The notes: generated by a model from the sequence alone, not told the origin. Positions 39,392-54,263 are shown, numbered from the stretch's first letter. The stretch is 64,000 bases of DNA from Tubiluchus corallicola (GCA_030141605.1 JAQGDQ010002382.1:299594-363593); one strand, 5' to 3'. Program-made: numbers and translations.

Positions 39392-42300
39392 TCTAAATCA
39401 TGGAATCGTACTTTATCTGATTGCTTTATCACAGTGTTGCCATTCTGGTTGATAAAGATTATTGTTTTGGAAGCTAAAAATTATAGTATTTTCCACCATA
39501 TTATCGCATCTTCATGCAAAATTCAAAATTTCTGTGTATTTGCAGCAAATTGTTATTATTATTGTATAATTATGCATTTAATAAGTAACCATAACACCAA
39601 AAAGTACTGTAGAAAACTGGCTATTTGTTTTACAGATTTTATTTTCCACTCATTGTAAAAAAGGTGAAACTGCAAGAGAAACAAGAAAAAAGAACATGAA
39701 ACAAAAGTAAATCCATAACAGACATGCAAAAAATAAATAAAGGAACAAGCATTAGCAAATTAACAAGCATACTGAAGCAGAATTTACTAATAAATAAACT
39801 TCCTGACATATCACAAATCAGCATGCACGCCTACACAAAAACACGCATATGCATATGCAGTTGCAAAAAAAAAACAATAATTAGGCATCACCGTAACACT
39901 ATTAGAAACTACCAAGCTGACAAATAAATTACTGCAAAGTTCTGCATAAAAATGAAGAAACATAAGAACTTACAAACGTTTGAGGATCTGTAGAAAAAAC
40001 TTTAAGCCAGTCTTCAGAAATTAACAGAGACATACTGATTCTACAACGGTGGCATACTGACTTCACAACTACTATACCACTAAAAACACAATTTTTTCCT
40101 ATTCTAAGGCTATCTAACCACTCATACAAGAGCGGCCAAGCATGTCAAACAAACTCTACAGGTAATGCAAAATGAATAATGACACTCTAGAATCAAAACA
40201 CCTGGCTTCACTGTACCCAAGCTGGCCTGAGAGATAACAAGTACCATTAGCAAGTGTAAAATTAAGTTTATCAAAACACAGTAGAATGTCGCTACCAGTC
40301 TCTTTTGAAATTACTGCTTTTTTCTGAAAACTTTGACCACTAATTGCGACCAGCATGGTTTGGATTACAACGAAGTCAAAATTTGTTTACTTTCCCCTGG
40401 TAAGCAGTAATGTTTTTTGTCTAAATTATCGTATAATTATCTGTTATCGTACAGTCTGTTTTTTTTGTATGGTATGAAGCATCAAATTATCGTATATTCG
40501 AATAATTATCATATAAAAAGCAACCCTGTTTATCATTTTCATGTCAGGTAAGTGCTAGAAAATAGAACGAAGGTAGAACTGTAGCAGTGCGTAGTTAATA
40601 TAAAAAAGAGTTCCTTTAAGGGAAAATAGAATGGTGTATAATGTTCTCTTATGATCAGTGATTATTTTATCATTGTTGTGTTTTTAATTAGAAATGCTCC
40701 TTTTAAGGGAAAATTAAAATAAGCTTTTAGCATGTAGTGAACTGAGTGGAATTCTGAAATAGTGTTGTTCCCTATAATAATTTTACAATTTTAGTCAAAG
40801 GATTATGTGCAGTTTTAATAGAAATATTATTTTATGTTCTATGCACTAAGTGGGATGGACGTTTTTGTTGTTGTTGATGTATACTATCTTTTCTCTATAT
40901 ACCAGCTAGACTACACCACTATTGTTATGCATTTGGGAAGTTTTACTTATGGACCAAAGTTGACCTTACCTTTTTTGCCCATTTCTGAAGTTAATTATTG
41001 TAGGTTTTATATTTTAGAATTTAAATGTGCCACATTGTTGCTTTATTAGGGTAGAGGATTGAGTGATATTTTATCAATTGTGCCAAATAAATTAACTTGT
41101 TCTCGGTTAAAGCGGCTTAGGACTATAATAATGGCGGTTATATGCGCCATGCAATTTCTATATTTGAATGAAAATACAGCATTATTGTGTAAATTGTGCC
41201 AAATAAGTTAATATGTTTCTGCTTAAAGTGGATTATCAAGTTACTGCTGTGTTATTTGATTACAGTAATTTTTGTGGCTTTATAAATCGACCAAGTCCAC
41301 ATTAAGATGAAATTATATTTTTTGTAAACAGGATGAAACAGGATAGGAAATAAGTTAACAGGTTTCTGCTTAAAGCAGATTACGAAGTTACAGATGCGCT
41401 AAGCTATACTTTTTGATTACAGTTATATTTATAGCTGTATAAATCGTGGATTGAATAATTAAAATGAAATTATTTTTGTTTGTTTAATGAGATTATTCTT
41501 GTTTATTTAAACTTTAACTATGTTTCTGTGTTACAATAAATGAACTCAAAGCAGAAAATGCAGTTCCTTATATGTTTAAATTCCTGGCAAGAATAAGGGG
41601 GCATTTTATAGTACAATTCTAATGTTGTATATGTTAGATATCATGAAGCAATATAAATTTATCAGAATAGCTCATTGCCACACTTAAGATTTCTGGAAGT
41701 CAGTGATCAAAAGTTATATTACTGCATATTTTATTTAATAAAAACTTTAATTTGGAAACAATATGCAGCCAATAATATGTTAGAATCTTGCTTGTTTCTT
41801 TTGTCACATCAAACTCGCATGTACACAATCTCTAAGAACACTTAAATTGTTGCATGAGGTCTGTCTCAACAGTAAGAACAGCTACGTGTGAGAGTTTTCT
41901 ATACAATAGCTTACAATAACTGTACGATAAAATGATTTACTATTACCAGTTGACAGAGTACCAAAATGTGTAGAAATGAAGAAGTGAACTCATAAGATAT
42001 CATACTAAGTGCAGGTGATGCTACTCATTGTATAATAAATAAAAATTGGAAAAAGTCAAAAAGTTGATAAATCTTGTTGCTGTCTCAGTTGATGTGACTT
42101 ATCAAATGCACTTTCACTGTTTCCTTCATGCACTTTACTTAATCACAGCCTCTTTTTGTTGTTAGCTGATGTTATTTTGCGTAATTTGTTGTGATTTTTG
42201 TTATAAAGTTATGCAATTTGTTTTGTTTTTTTACAGAAGAAGTGGTAGTTTGTTAACATTCTACTTTATTTAATCTCATTTTAGGTGTCAGTTTATGTGC

Positions 42301-42591
42301 GTAATACATATTTATGGTAAAGTTTTTTCGTGTTAGGCTGCTTTAAAAAAATTTCTTATTGACAAATAAGAGAAATGCTCACCTACTATGCAAGCAATTA
42401 TTTAAGTCTTGCTAAAATTAATAAATGATCATGGCAGCAATTTATCGTTAAAAAAATTAACATTGTTAATACTAAATTACTAGCAAAATGAGCTTAACCA
42501 AGCCTAGCCCTAGGTGTCTGATATGAGAGTCGTCGTAAATACGCTGTCAACGCGTTGCCAAACGATCGGTTTTCCTGTTGAAGATATCCCG

Positions 42592-43320
42592 TTGTGGGAT
42601 GTGTGAAAAAGTGGGATGCATCGTGAGGGATATTTTAAATTTGAGTGATATAAACAAAATTGGTAGGTTTGCAATACAGATAAGGCTGAACCTCTTACAG
42701 TCAGTTATGATACTAGTGATTTATAATACAGAAACATGGAGTGAAGTAACAAAAGTAGAAATGGGTAGGATGGAAGAAATTCAGAAGGATATGTTACAAA
42801 AACTAGTAATTTATCACAGAAGGTGTCAACTAGTTATAGGGGTATGCTAATAGAACAGTGTACATAAGTATATACTGTAGGTATACACTTTGGGCATATT
42901 AAGACTCTTAAAAAGTTAACCTGGAAGAAACATGTAAAAGAAAACGTAAAAAAATTATTAAAATTACTGCACATCACCAGATATACTCAAGAACTAAGTT
43001 AAGGTTTTTATCTTATGAGCTGAGCACGATAAACCCAAGCAGTATATAACTGAGTTAACACTAGAACAGACAAAAAGGGTTTTAGAGATAAAGCTTAATA
43101 TGCTACCACTAAAATGTAATTATAGAAGTAAGTTTAAAGGAGATATATGGTGTCCGCTATATGGTAAAGACAGGATCTATTTAGATTGTTATAAGAAATG
43201 TGCTACCAACTACAGAAGTAAATTTCCAAAGTCTGATTGAGTCAGAAGATGCACAAATAGCAAAGCAGTAGGTGGAATTTGTTCAAATAGCAATGGAAAC
43301 AAGAAAAAGAAGAGGTGTCG
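42592..43320 (+). mobile_element. Degenerate LINE RT C-terminal fragment (also ~56980-57710)
   Basis: IYNTETWSEVTKVEMGRMEEIQKDMLQKL.. followed by stop-riddled KLNMLPLKCNY..CPLC. Confidence 0.6.
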
Positions 43321-43609
43321 TGCTGGAAATTTAGCTACAATAATAATAGTCATAAATGGTTGATTAGCATCAATGCTGATTACGTTACTTGTGTCTTGCG
43401 CGGTAACATTCCTTTGTGCCTATCTAACCAGATAGAGTTAACACCGAGGAAACAACGAAACAACATGTGCTTACTGGAGAACCGCAACTGCCGCGACATG
43501 ACATAGAGGAAGTTGAGGAACTGCAAGATGTAAAATGTACAACAGTCGTCGTATAGAAAAATATAATCTTAAAGTGAACAATACAAAGACCAAAGAATAC
43601 GTTATACCC

Positions 43610-44560
43610 ACTGCTAATTTAAACATCAACAATTCTTCCTAAATATCTTTTAATGACACAGATAAAGTCAAGGAATACATTATTTAAAAATGTGTATAGT
43701 TACCAGTCTCATGAAGAAGTGAAACAGCTTTGTACAAAAATGGGCAAATTTTCCAGGATTTCAAACATGTGGTGTAGATGAAATTGATAAAATGCATCTG
43801 AATTGCATATTAAAAGAATTTTGTAATAAACTTAAATCAATGTACAGAAAACTATTTTTTACAAAGCTACATAATGATCCTAGACACAGTGATGGCAAAA
43901 ACAAACTAAGATTTTATAGATATGTAAAAATCAATAATGAATTAGAAGATTATTTCAAAATTATTTCTAATGAGAAACAGCGACAAATGATTACGAAATT
44001 ACATAACAGCGAATATGACCTGGAAATAGAACGATTTAGATATCAAAATAAAAAAGGGCATGAAAGGCTTTGTCAATACTGTCACAACAATAGCTCAAAA
44101 TTAGTAGAAAACAAATTATATTACCTTTTTACTTGTCTTTTGTATAAAGATATTAGACAAAAATATGAGCATAAATATATCTTTGCAAAAAGGTAACATA
44201 TACTCAGTAATGTGGTTTTTTTCTAATTGCAAACCCAGAAGACCTTATTCACTTTGGAAACTGCTTAAATGAATGTGATAAAAAAGGCAGTTATATCTTG
44301 GTGGTAATCTGTGAGTGCTGGATAAACCTTGTGCTGTGATTGTGTAATTTAATCTCGTTTGTGATTATATTAATTATTTAGGTTTTGTGTTTTTACTACT
44401 ACTTTGTAGTTGTAGCATAAAGTTTTATTTCGTAAGAGCACATAATTTCTTATTAGATTTAAGTAAGTTGTACAAACTCGTGGTTTTGCAATGTTGCATA
44501 ATTGCATCTGTATTTGTTGTTTTTCGTGTTTCTTGTACTTTGACTTTTTTGCAATTGTAA
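43610..44560 (+). mobile_element. Degenerate LINE ORF2 3' end with Zn-knuckle remnant (also ~58000-58950)
   Basis: NKLRFYRYVK..RQMITKL..LEIERFRY..ERLCQYC..VENKLYYLFTC, the pattern of L2/Daphne/Nimb-like ORF2 C-termini. Confidence 0.65.
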
Positions 44561-45214
44561 TTTTTTGCCATGATACGCTATTGTATTTGTGCAATAGAAC
44601 AAAATTGAAATTGAAGATGCGGTAATGATTCGTGGAAAAGATGTAAATAACTTGGTAACTTGTAAGACACCGATGCCCACATACAAAGAAGGAAAATTCT
44701 TAAATTGTCTGCTTATTCACATATCTCAATGATTTTTGATAACAATAGACTTTCTCTTGAAACCAGAGTCCGGATTCTTTCAACTTTAGTTGAATCTGTG
44801 TTTTTGTACACTGCTGAGCTATGGACAATAAAAGTTAAGCAACAGAAGGACAGTTGATGCTTTTCGAAGACGTCTCTATAGGAAATTACTCGCAATTAAA
44901 TCGCCTGATAGAATATCCAATGATGATCTGTATAATGCAGTCAAGAAGATTCCTGGTAGTAGACAAATACAAGTAAGAAAATTGCTTTGGATTGGGCACA
45001 CACTAACAGTAAGATTACCTCCTCTTCCTATGGTATTGCATAAAGCTCTTGAAACGACAAAAAACCAAGAGGCTGTCAACTAGGCTGACGTATTTAGGTT
45101 TTTGGTACAGATTTATGATCTAACATGTACATTAGGCAATTTGATACAGACATCATACTATATTCAAAATTTGTAGCTGCATATTTGCCATTAGTTTCTA
45201 CTCAACAGACCAAG

Positions 45215-48200
45215 ATGACAAGTTTAAATAAGGGATGCACTTTGCCTTTATATGTGGTGGATGCTTTCACAAGCCAGGCATTTGCTGGAAATGCTGCTGC
45301 TGTATGTCTAGTGTCACACAATCAGGTAAATTAATGATGATCTGTCATTAACAAACTTTTCGTCTTAATTTGTTTTCAGCTATTTTTATTGCACTGTTCT
45401 TCACTGCAAATAACTTGTGGTCCTGTAGCACAAACTCAGTCAATGTATGTGTCTTAATCGCACTCTTATTTATGTAAAGATATGAGTTTTTAACTACTAA
45501 CTGATAATGTTTTTGTTATTTATTTATGTGATTAACTCAATGAATTAACTGTGTTACAATAAATAAATCATTATATTATAATATTTAAATCGCAGGCTTG
45601 CATAATAAAAATCACTGGTTTATTTTTAGAAATATTGAAACAAATTTAACAAGTTAGTTGAAAACAAAAGTGTCCATTTAGTCACAGCTGAAATCAATTT
45701 GTAATCAATTAAACTTATAACATCAGTCATAATAATGTCAGGATAATGGTGACTGTGCCTTTAAGTTATGTTTGTATTTGGATCTATTATAATAGTAGGT
45801 GTTTTTCATGAAGATTTAGTATAATTTTAAGTGACAATTACAATGAGTATCAATGCAGAAAATGCATTTTGTTGTTGTTGTTGTTGTTGTTTCCGTTTCT
45901 ACGGAGGCTTTGTAGTTTCTTTCTGCAATTCGAATAGATATTCTGAGTATTATTTGAACTGTACAAAACAGGAGATATGTTATATGTTCAAAATCTATTC
46001 CAAACAGTCCGAAGGCTGTGTTGTTTTTATTAGTTGAATTGTGGTGTAATCTGCATTTCTTGGGTTATATTATTAAATGGCTGTAGACATTGTGATGTAT
46101 ATAGTCATTCGGTTATTCTATTTTAGGTAATCGACGATGCAAAAATGCAAAAAATTGCTTTCGAAATGAACTTGTCGGAAACCTGTTTCATTGCACTGCC
46201 AACAGAAAACGATTCGTTCAAGAATTCTTCCCGGTTTGGCCTGCGATGGTTTACCCCTGCCTGTGAAATCCAACTGTGTGGTCATGCCACTCTTGCTGCT
46301 GCCACGGTGCTTTTCTCTTGTGTTGGTAAGTTTGCTAAGCAGGACAGAAATGTAAATCTAGAAGCTGAACCTGAGTCAGTGCTACTACATCAGCTGACAC
46401 TCACAGTAAATCAGCCAGCTGGAGTTCACCATTAAGAATGACAGATTTTGATTCTTATGTCCTGCAGCAACAATTTAGCGTTAGTTTGAATAGTTTTATT
46501 TGTGAACTGGCTTAAGTGATTCGACAGCACACCCCTTTATATGCCATATATCTCTCTATATCTCTCATATTTTATGTACTCACAATGTTAAAAAAAATCT
46601 CCTGGCTTATAATCTGGCAACTCTAGCAATGGATTTATTGCAAATATAATTTAAATCCAACCCTTGGCAAGGCTTATCTGGATTACCAACAAATCAATAC
46701 TAAAATACCAAAATGATCCAATACGTGTGGCTAATGTTGCCTATTTGTGCATTTTATTTAATTTTGAATTGACTGCTTTCTCATTCAAATATTTCTGAAG
46801 TTTAGTATCTCTGCCAGCACACGTACAATATGACCGCATTGCGACCAGTGATTTCATCATCATCATAAGCCCGTTATGTCAATTGTAGACATTGGGCAGG
46901 CAGAACTCTAAAATAAAAGAAATCTGCCCTCAAAACAGGTAAACACAGCAGTAATCTAGCAAAAAAACTGGACACTGCTATGCCAGTGACTTGTTCGCAA
47001 GAGCAAAAATCTTCACAGCTGGCAAAAATGTCAGCTACCTCGACTTCCGTCACCGAGCGGCTGGCACGACTAAAGCTGGGTTTCTTATCTGCTAGGTCGC
47101 CTGTAGAAATAAACCGACTGGAGCTGAGCTGAAGCGGTATGGCTCTGGCTTCTATGTCGATCCCTTAAGTATTTTTCACGTTGTCTTGAAAATCAGGGAG
47201 TTTTTATTTGCCAACCTAATACCAAACGAATTCACTGTGAATTTATTTGTGTGCTAATGCGTTTACTTCAAATAAGCTTCCATGCAGTTTTGCTTTTTTT
47301 CTTCTATTGTTTTTTTAGATTGTGTGCCTTTTTTGCATTTTAGGACTTAAAGCATTCCGCTGTTTTCAGTTCTCATCATATTTGGCATTTTCTTAGGAGA
47401 CTGTCAGCTTTCCCTTCTTTTCATCTGCACTTTAAAAAATTGGAAAAGGAAAATAGTGCCTGTTAACCATATTCTAAACCATATTCTATTCCAATAATGA
47501 AATTACAATTAGGCATTGCAATATTTGATTGTATTGCTAATCCACTAATGCTACGATTAGGCTCTAAATATTTGTGAAATTGATAATCATTATGATAGGG
47601 GGGTCTGAAATTAAAAGGCAGCTAGTGAATATATCTACAGCTATGTAAATTATTACAGGTAACGAATTTACAGAGATTACATTTGATACGCTAAGTGGAC
47701 CACTTGTTGCCAGAAAAAAAGAGGACAATTTTATTCTGCTAGATTTTCCTGCTAATCCAACTATTAGTGTTAACAAGGAAAATGTTAAAGATCTTTTAAA
47801 GGTACCTACTGTTTTGAATGACCTGTAAAACAAGTTTGCCTGGGTTTTTGTTGTAAGTAATTTTATCATTGAAGCTTTTAGCAGGTAGGTGGTTGACAGT
47901 TTGGAAGACATTCTGACGCCTTGGTATATTTATGTATTTTAGGAAATTTCCGGCGTTACTTGTTTTAACTGTGTGTGCTGGCCATGTTTTTCAAATGTAT
48001 CATATGGGCTGTTTTTTTTTGGCCAATAGCTAAATTGCATCTTTGCACAGACTTTTTTGAAGGCATATTACTTAGTATTATCTTACTTGTATTACTTAGT
48101 ATTACGCTTTCTTGCCTGCAATACTCATGTAAATAGAAAAGACACATTTTCTAGCTTTATGTAAGTAAAGGGCTTTCTTGCCTTTTATGACAATTTTTTG

Positions 48201-51200
48201 GTGTTTTAATTAATCCTATTCAGTTTTCGAATTTGCCTGAAGAGGGGAGACAGCATGAGAGGAACATGGAAACTATTCAAAGGTGGGATGGGGGTGGGGG
48301 GGTGGGGGGTTACAGTAATGGTGGCAGTGAAGCACTTGCTGTTACTTTAATGTTTCTTTTTACTGGCTGTTACACACACGTGCATGCACGCACGCGCACA
48401 CACACACCCACACACACGCACTGTTACATAATATAGTAAAATATATCATATCACTCTTTTCGGTGATTCTAGATTGCATAGCACTCCTACAATAGGACTA
48501 GTTGAAGTTTAGCAAACAACTATCACAATTACTAACCTGACATTCTGTGCATTAAATTTAGAAATCCACAGATTAAAGATACGAGACAATGCCGCTATGA
48601 TAAAACTAAGGGTGCATTCAGACTAGCGAGTTTTCTGTTGGGAGTTTTTCTCTAACACCAAACTTGCAAGTGTGAACTGCTTTGCGAGTTACTATCGACA
48701 AGTCATTGCACACTTTCAGACAGTTGCTACGAAATGATTTCCTGTTTAGTGTGAACAGTCTCAGCGAGTTACTCTTGACACGGCTCCCAGTGAATAGAGG
48801 AGGAGTATCAGCTGGTGCTTACTTCATGTTGGAGAATTTTGTTCTTTAGTCTGAACGTGCTTGCGAGTTACTTGGCGAGAAAATTTGTTAGTATGAATGC
48901 TTCATTACTCTCAAAAGCAGTGCGACAAAATATCAACATTCTTGCAACAGTCAAGTCATCTAAATTCTTCTTTGTAAAAAGTATTTTGGTCCGAACTTTA
49001 ATACACTGTAGAATCTTATGTGAATGTTTTTTATAATACAGGTACTTGTTGGAGATTTACCTATTGTTGATGTGGAGTATGCTCCTGTTATACAACAAAT
49101 GATTGTGTGTCTTCAAGATTCTGTGTCCAGGTGTGCATGTTGATAATTTTTTATTTGGTTTGTCGTGTGTCATTCGTTTTGCACTTTTCATTAGCTTTCA
49201 TGTTATTATACATACTATAAAATTGCTGCAAATTGTACAAATCTGCAATTAATCTCTATTTCTATGAAGTGTGTTTGTGTATGTTTGTTTATTTGTTTGC
49301 TATAAAGTCCTGTTTTACTTATTTAACTTCAAATTTGGTCTATTAAGTTGCTAATACATCACACTCCCCATTGAATTATGGGATATGTACAGTTATGTGT
49401 AGAAATCAATTAACAAAAGCTGAAGACAGTCTACTTTTTAACTTTTGGCAGGAGCTCTACTTACATGAAAAAGAATTTAAAATACACTATGTTTCAGTCC
49501 ATTGTTGGGTTCAAATTCTGATTGGATGAAAATTTTTCATTGTCTCATTCTTCATTCATTAGTCATTGATGTTATTATTGTTGTAAGTATAAGGCTTCAT
49601 GTGTGTGTGTGTTTTACCTTCAGGTAAAAGGAAAAAGTTATGTGAGTAGCAAGTACATGTTTGCTGCATGTCTGGTGCTCTTAGCATTGTGCTAAAATGT
49701 GTTATTTTTAGTCTACTTCTTTTGTAATCTTTGCTGTGCTGCTTGTGGTTGTATTGTACAGTGTCCAGAAAGGTAATCCCCCACTTTGCCAGTTATCTTT
49801 TTGCCAGTCTACTTTTTCACCAGTCTACTTTTTTGCTAGTCTACTTTTTTGCCAGTCTACTTTTTCGCTAGTCTATTTTTTGCCAGTTTTCTTTTTCGCC
49901 ATTCCACTTTTTCACCTCTCCACTTTTTCGCCAGTCTTCTTTTTTGCTAGTCTATTTTTTGCCAGTTTTATTTTTCGCCATTCCACTTTTTCGCCAGTCT
50001 TCTTTTTTGCCAGTTTTCTTTTTCGCCAGTCTTCTTTTTCGCCAGTCTTCTTTTTCGCCAGTCTATTTTTTGCCAGTCTACTTTTTCGCCAGTCTACTTT
50101 TTCGCCAGTTTTCTTTTTCGCCGGTCCACTTTTTTGCCAGTCTTCTTTTTTGCCAGTTTTCTTTTTCGCCAGTCTTCTTTTTCGCCAGTCTTCTTTTTCG
50201 CCAGTCTATTTTTTGCCAGTCTACTTTTTCGCCAGTCTACTTTTTCGCCAGTTTTCTTTTTCGCCGGTCCACTTTTTTGCCGGTCCACTTTTTCCCCGGT
50301 CCACTTTTTCCCCGGTCCACTTTTTCGCCAGTCTTCTTTTTGCCGGTTTTCTTTTTCGCCGATTTTCTTTTTCGCCAGTCTTCTTTTTCGCCAGTCTACT
50401 TTTTCGCCATTCTACTTTTTTGCCAGTTTTCTTTTTTGCCAGTCTTCTTTTTTGCCGGTCCACTTTTTTGCCAGTCCACTTCGTTAGGTTAATAATGATT
50501 AACAATGAAGACTTGACGCTTTAAATGCTTTGTGAACGGAAGATATAAATCCTACAGAGCGTGCCATATATCACTGGATTTGCACTGAAATGATGAATCT
50601 GATGCACTGTGCCAAAATCGCGAGTCCAATCGAAAATTTAACATTCAGAATCTGCTGTTATTTTCATTCTGAGATGTTTAGTTTCCGAGATATGCACCTT
50701 TTTGGAATAACTTAAAAATATACATAGCTAGTCCACCAAATTTAGTATGCTTGTAGTTAGGGTAGAGGGCCACCTCAGGTTGTGACCCTGTGACCCTCCT
50801 GAGTTATAACCCAAAAATCATCAAAAGAGGTCTATTTTTGAGAAATAGTTACTCCTGCAGGAAGCGCCATCTATTCAAACGAAAAAAAACATGAAAGTAC
50901 TATGCCTTGGCTATCAGTAACTTGCTTAGCTTTGTCGAACACTGAACCATTGCCCTTTTACAATGCCACAAACATGCCATTGTCTGTATAATGCTTAATA
51001 TACTTAACATATACGACAGTTGCAAAGATTAGTATCTTCAATACTAATGAATAAAAGTATCATCACCATGTTCGAATGCATATACATTGTACGTTCTTTG
51101 TCACTCAGGTTAATAGTGAGTGGGGGCAACCGGCAACCAGTTTTTTAAATGACTATCAATTCATTTAGTGAGCAGGTCCCATGTTGCTTAATTTTGCAGC

Positions 51201-54200
51201 TAATGACACACTGTGAGCAACAAGCTAATTCTGTCATTCATGATGAAGCAATAAAGATACATTTATTTTCAGGGAGATGTTGGAGGCAAGAGCACCGGAT
51301 AGTTTTGCTCTTCCTGCAGCTAACACGTCCCAGATGAAACTGCACGGTGTCCACTTGACGGTTAAAGCTCCGGCCGACTCCGGCTACGACTTTTATTCCC
51401 GCTGTTTTTTTCCCTGGGATGGACTGCTTGAAGATCCAGTTTGTGGTAAACAATGTGCATTGTTTATGTAAGAATGAATGGACATACTATTTAAATATAT
51501 GAATTAATTATAATTATCTTTGCTTTAAAGTAAAGCTAAACAAAAGAAATTATGTTTATTATTCAACCGTCAGTTGCTACCACACCAGCTGACTCACACA
51601 GTAAATTAGCTAGCTGAGTAAAAAGTTAAAAAGAGCTTCTGGGGAATGTTCTCGATGTGCTCCATTTTGCAGTGTCTATGTTTGCCAGTAAGTGGCGTAT
51701 CTACTGGTGTTCTTTTGTAACCGGGGCGAAAGACACAGGCAAGGTTTGGAGTGGAAAACAGATAGAGTATCGGCAGTGGGACTGATACAGGAAAGTTGTA
51801 GGGTGTGAAGAGAACCACCTAAACTGCAAGGGTGCCCAAATCAATACCAAAACACTAAAATGATCCCACACGTGTGTCTAACGTTGCATATTTGTGTGTT
51901 TAATTTTGAATTGACTGCTTTCTCATTAAAAAATTTTTCAAAGTTAGTATCTCTGCCAGCACACGCACACAGTATGACCACGAATCCATACTGCATTTGC
52001 CATATTTCACCCAGTGATTTCGTCATCATCACATGCCCGTTATGTCAGTTGTAGACATTGCGTAGGCAGAACTCTAAAATAAAAGAAATCTACCCTCAAG
52101 ACAGGTAAACACAGCAGTAATCCAGCAAAAACTAGACACTGCTATGGCAGTGGCTTGTTCGCAAGAGCTAAAATCTTCGCAGCTGGCAAAAATGTCGGCT
52201 GGCTCCACTTCCATCTCTGAGCAGCTGGCGCGACTAAAGCTGCGTTTCTTATCGGCTAGGTCGACTGTAGAAGTGAATTGCCTGGAGTTCAGCTGAAACG
52301 ACATGGCTCTGGCCTCTAGTTTTAAGATGAAGATTAGTTTTAGTTTTGTTCTGTTTTAGTCTTACATTTTCTGTCTTAAGTCTGACTGAAAATCACTATG
52401 TCACTGAAGGAGTTGCCAGTTTTATGGTTTTTCTGTTCTAGTGCAGAAGGACTAATGTGGTAATAGTTCCAGTGAATAAAGTATACATTGTAGGCCTGAT
52501 TTTCAAAAACATGAAATGTTTTTTTCAAAAACATGAAAAGCCTATCTTAATTCATTATGTTTGCATGTTTAAAGTTTGCAATGTTTGATGCCAGTAATCT
52601 TCAACTAATTTCTGACTATGTTAGGGTCGGCTCACACTGTATTTGGTTGTTACTGGCAAAAAGTGCTGGGAAAATCAACTTTTCAAGGTAGGATAATTTG
52701 GTGCTTTATGACGTTTATTGTAATTTAACTTATGATGCTTATTCGTTTATGATCTGATTTTGTGTGTTTTTCAGTATGTCAGTAGATCTCAATTTAAATT
52801 CTGTGCAAGATTATTACCATGCTGACAAAGAGCGATATAGGTTCGATTTACTTAATATTGTGCAGCACACTGTAATTCAATGTGTGTAAAGTCCTCGAAA
52901 GGTTAAAAAATGAAAATTTCCAGCCATTGTAAATAACTGTATCTTAATTGACACAATTTTTCACAAAAAATTACAGAATGCTAGAAAATATAATTGTTAT
53001 TTTGAACAATATATATTTTTAGTGGCCAGTCACAAAGTATAATTACTGCCCTGCAATACCATATCACATAGACTTGTGCAGCATATGTTACCGGAACAGT
53101 ATCTTGCTTAACCCTTTTACCGCCTCCATGATGTACTATTATGTCTATTTTTTGAACTGGCTTATGCCTATTTGACATACATATTTATCATTAATATCTA
53201 GCACTCCATTTAAACTCTGGCGAAGTGTATTATCGCTTAGTCTAGTACGTTTAGACAGCTAGCAGGGCCCAGCACAGCTCCAGGAATATGTGTGAACTGA
53301 GTTTGACCTTATTTCCTTGGCTACATAGCACATCTGCTATGTACATATATGTCTTCGACTGTGAGTTCTGCATCATTTGAAATTTGCTGTTTTTGCACAT
53401 TTGTATTATTATTAATAATAATCTTTTATTCGTATAAAAATTTTTATACAGCAATGTAGTTTTAGTATAAATAATTAATACAATGAAAAATAATTTTTGT
53501 TAGTAATTAAAAAACAAGAGATTTAGAGATTTTAAGACAATTTTCAGCAAAAAGTTTAAAGATTTGATAGTTTTGTAGGTTTTAATGCATATGCACACTC
53601 TCTTACTTATTTTCCAGACGATGGACCTATATATATATGTTCTAAACATTCTTGGTAGATATATAAAAATGATCTGTAAAGGGATTATTATTCTTGTACA
53701 CAATTCTACGTGATTTTAGGGCTTTTGGTTTTTGCATGTATTTTACTTTTGATAAATGTATACCAAAACAAATATGTTATTAATTGTGACTTGCACAAGT
53801 TGATTTTCGGGCTGAATTTAGGTGCTGAAGCTGTTTCACTTGCATGACATTATAATTTTGCTTTGGAGGTTCATTTATTGATCTAAATTCAGTTTCATGT
53901 GCAGTTTCATATCACCATATTGCCTCATTTGCAAATAAATATAAAACATAAACAAGTAAGTAAATATATAGGCCTAATAAATTTCCGTGAATGAATGTAA
54001 TGATTGATTGAATGAATGAATGAATGAATAGGTGGGTGCATCATTGATTTTTATTTCGCTTGTTGAAATCATCTCTTTGTTTCTTATGAACAATACCAAA
54101 GTAAAGTTGCAAAGTTGTTATTTTGTCATGTGCTTTGTGCGTTTTTGTAGCTCGTCAGTGCTCAAAAAGAGGAGGAGATGTCTACGTGAATGTACGAGAA

Positions 54201-54263
54201 GACAAAAGAGTCGAGATTGGAGGCAAGTCTGTAGTCATTATAGAAGGAAAGATCCATTTGTAG
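45215..54263 (+). CDS. PBLD: PhzF/PBLD-family protein, copy 2, 296 aa
   Basis: Exons 45215-45325, 46127-46325, 47659-47801, 49042-49130, 51273-51445, 52625-52687 and 54151-54263, same lengths as copy 1. GNAAAVC, EMNLSETCF, LCGHATL and EDPVCGSAH are intact. Confidence 0.96.
49781..50482. repeat. ~16-17-bp minisatellite (GCCAGTCTACTTTTTTC variants) in PBLD copy 2 intron 4
   Basis: About 40 variant units. It produces the spurious Phe/Ser-rich ORFs 49736-50524. Confidence 0.95.

Noticed and set aside
39640-40250. Short ORFs downstream of PBLD copy 1
   Set aside because: Copy-specific segment that looks like a decayed antisense TE 3' end; no supportable gene or family call.
49736-50524. 262-aa hydrophobic ORF
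   Set aside because: Low-complexity translation of the minisatellite, open in several frames.
29422-54263. Bacterial phenazine gene cluster or recent horizontal transfer
   Set aside because: Six spliceosomal introns per gene, PBLD-like sequence and no other phz genes.
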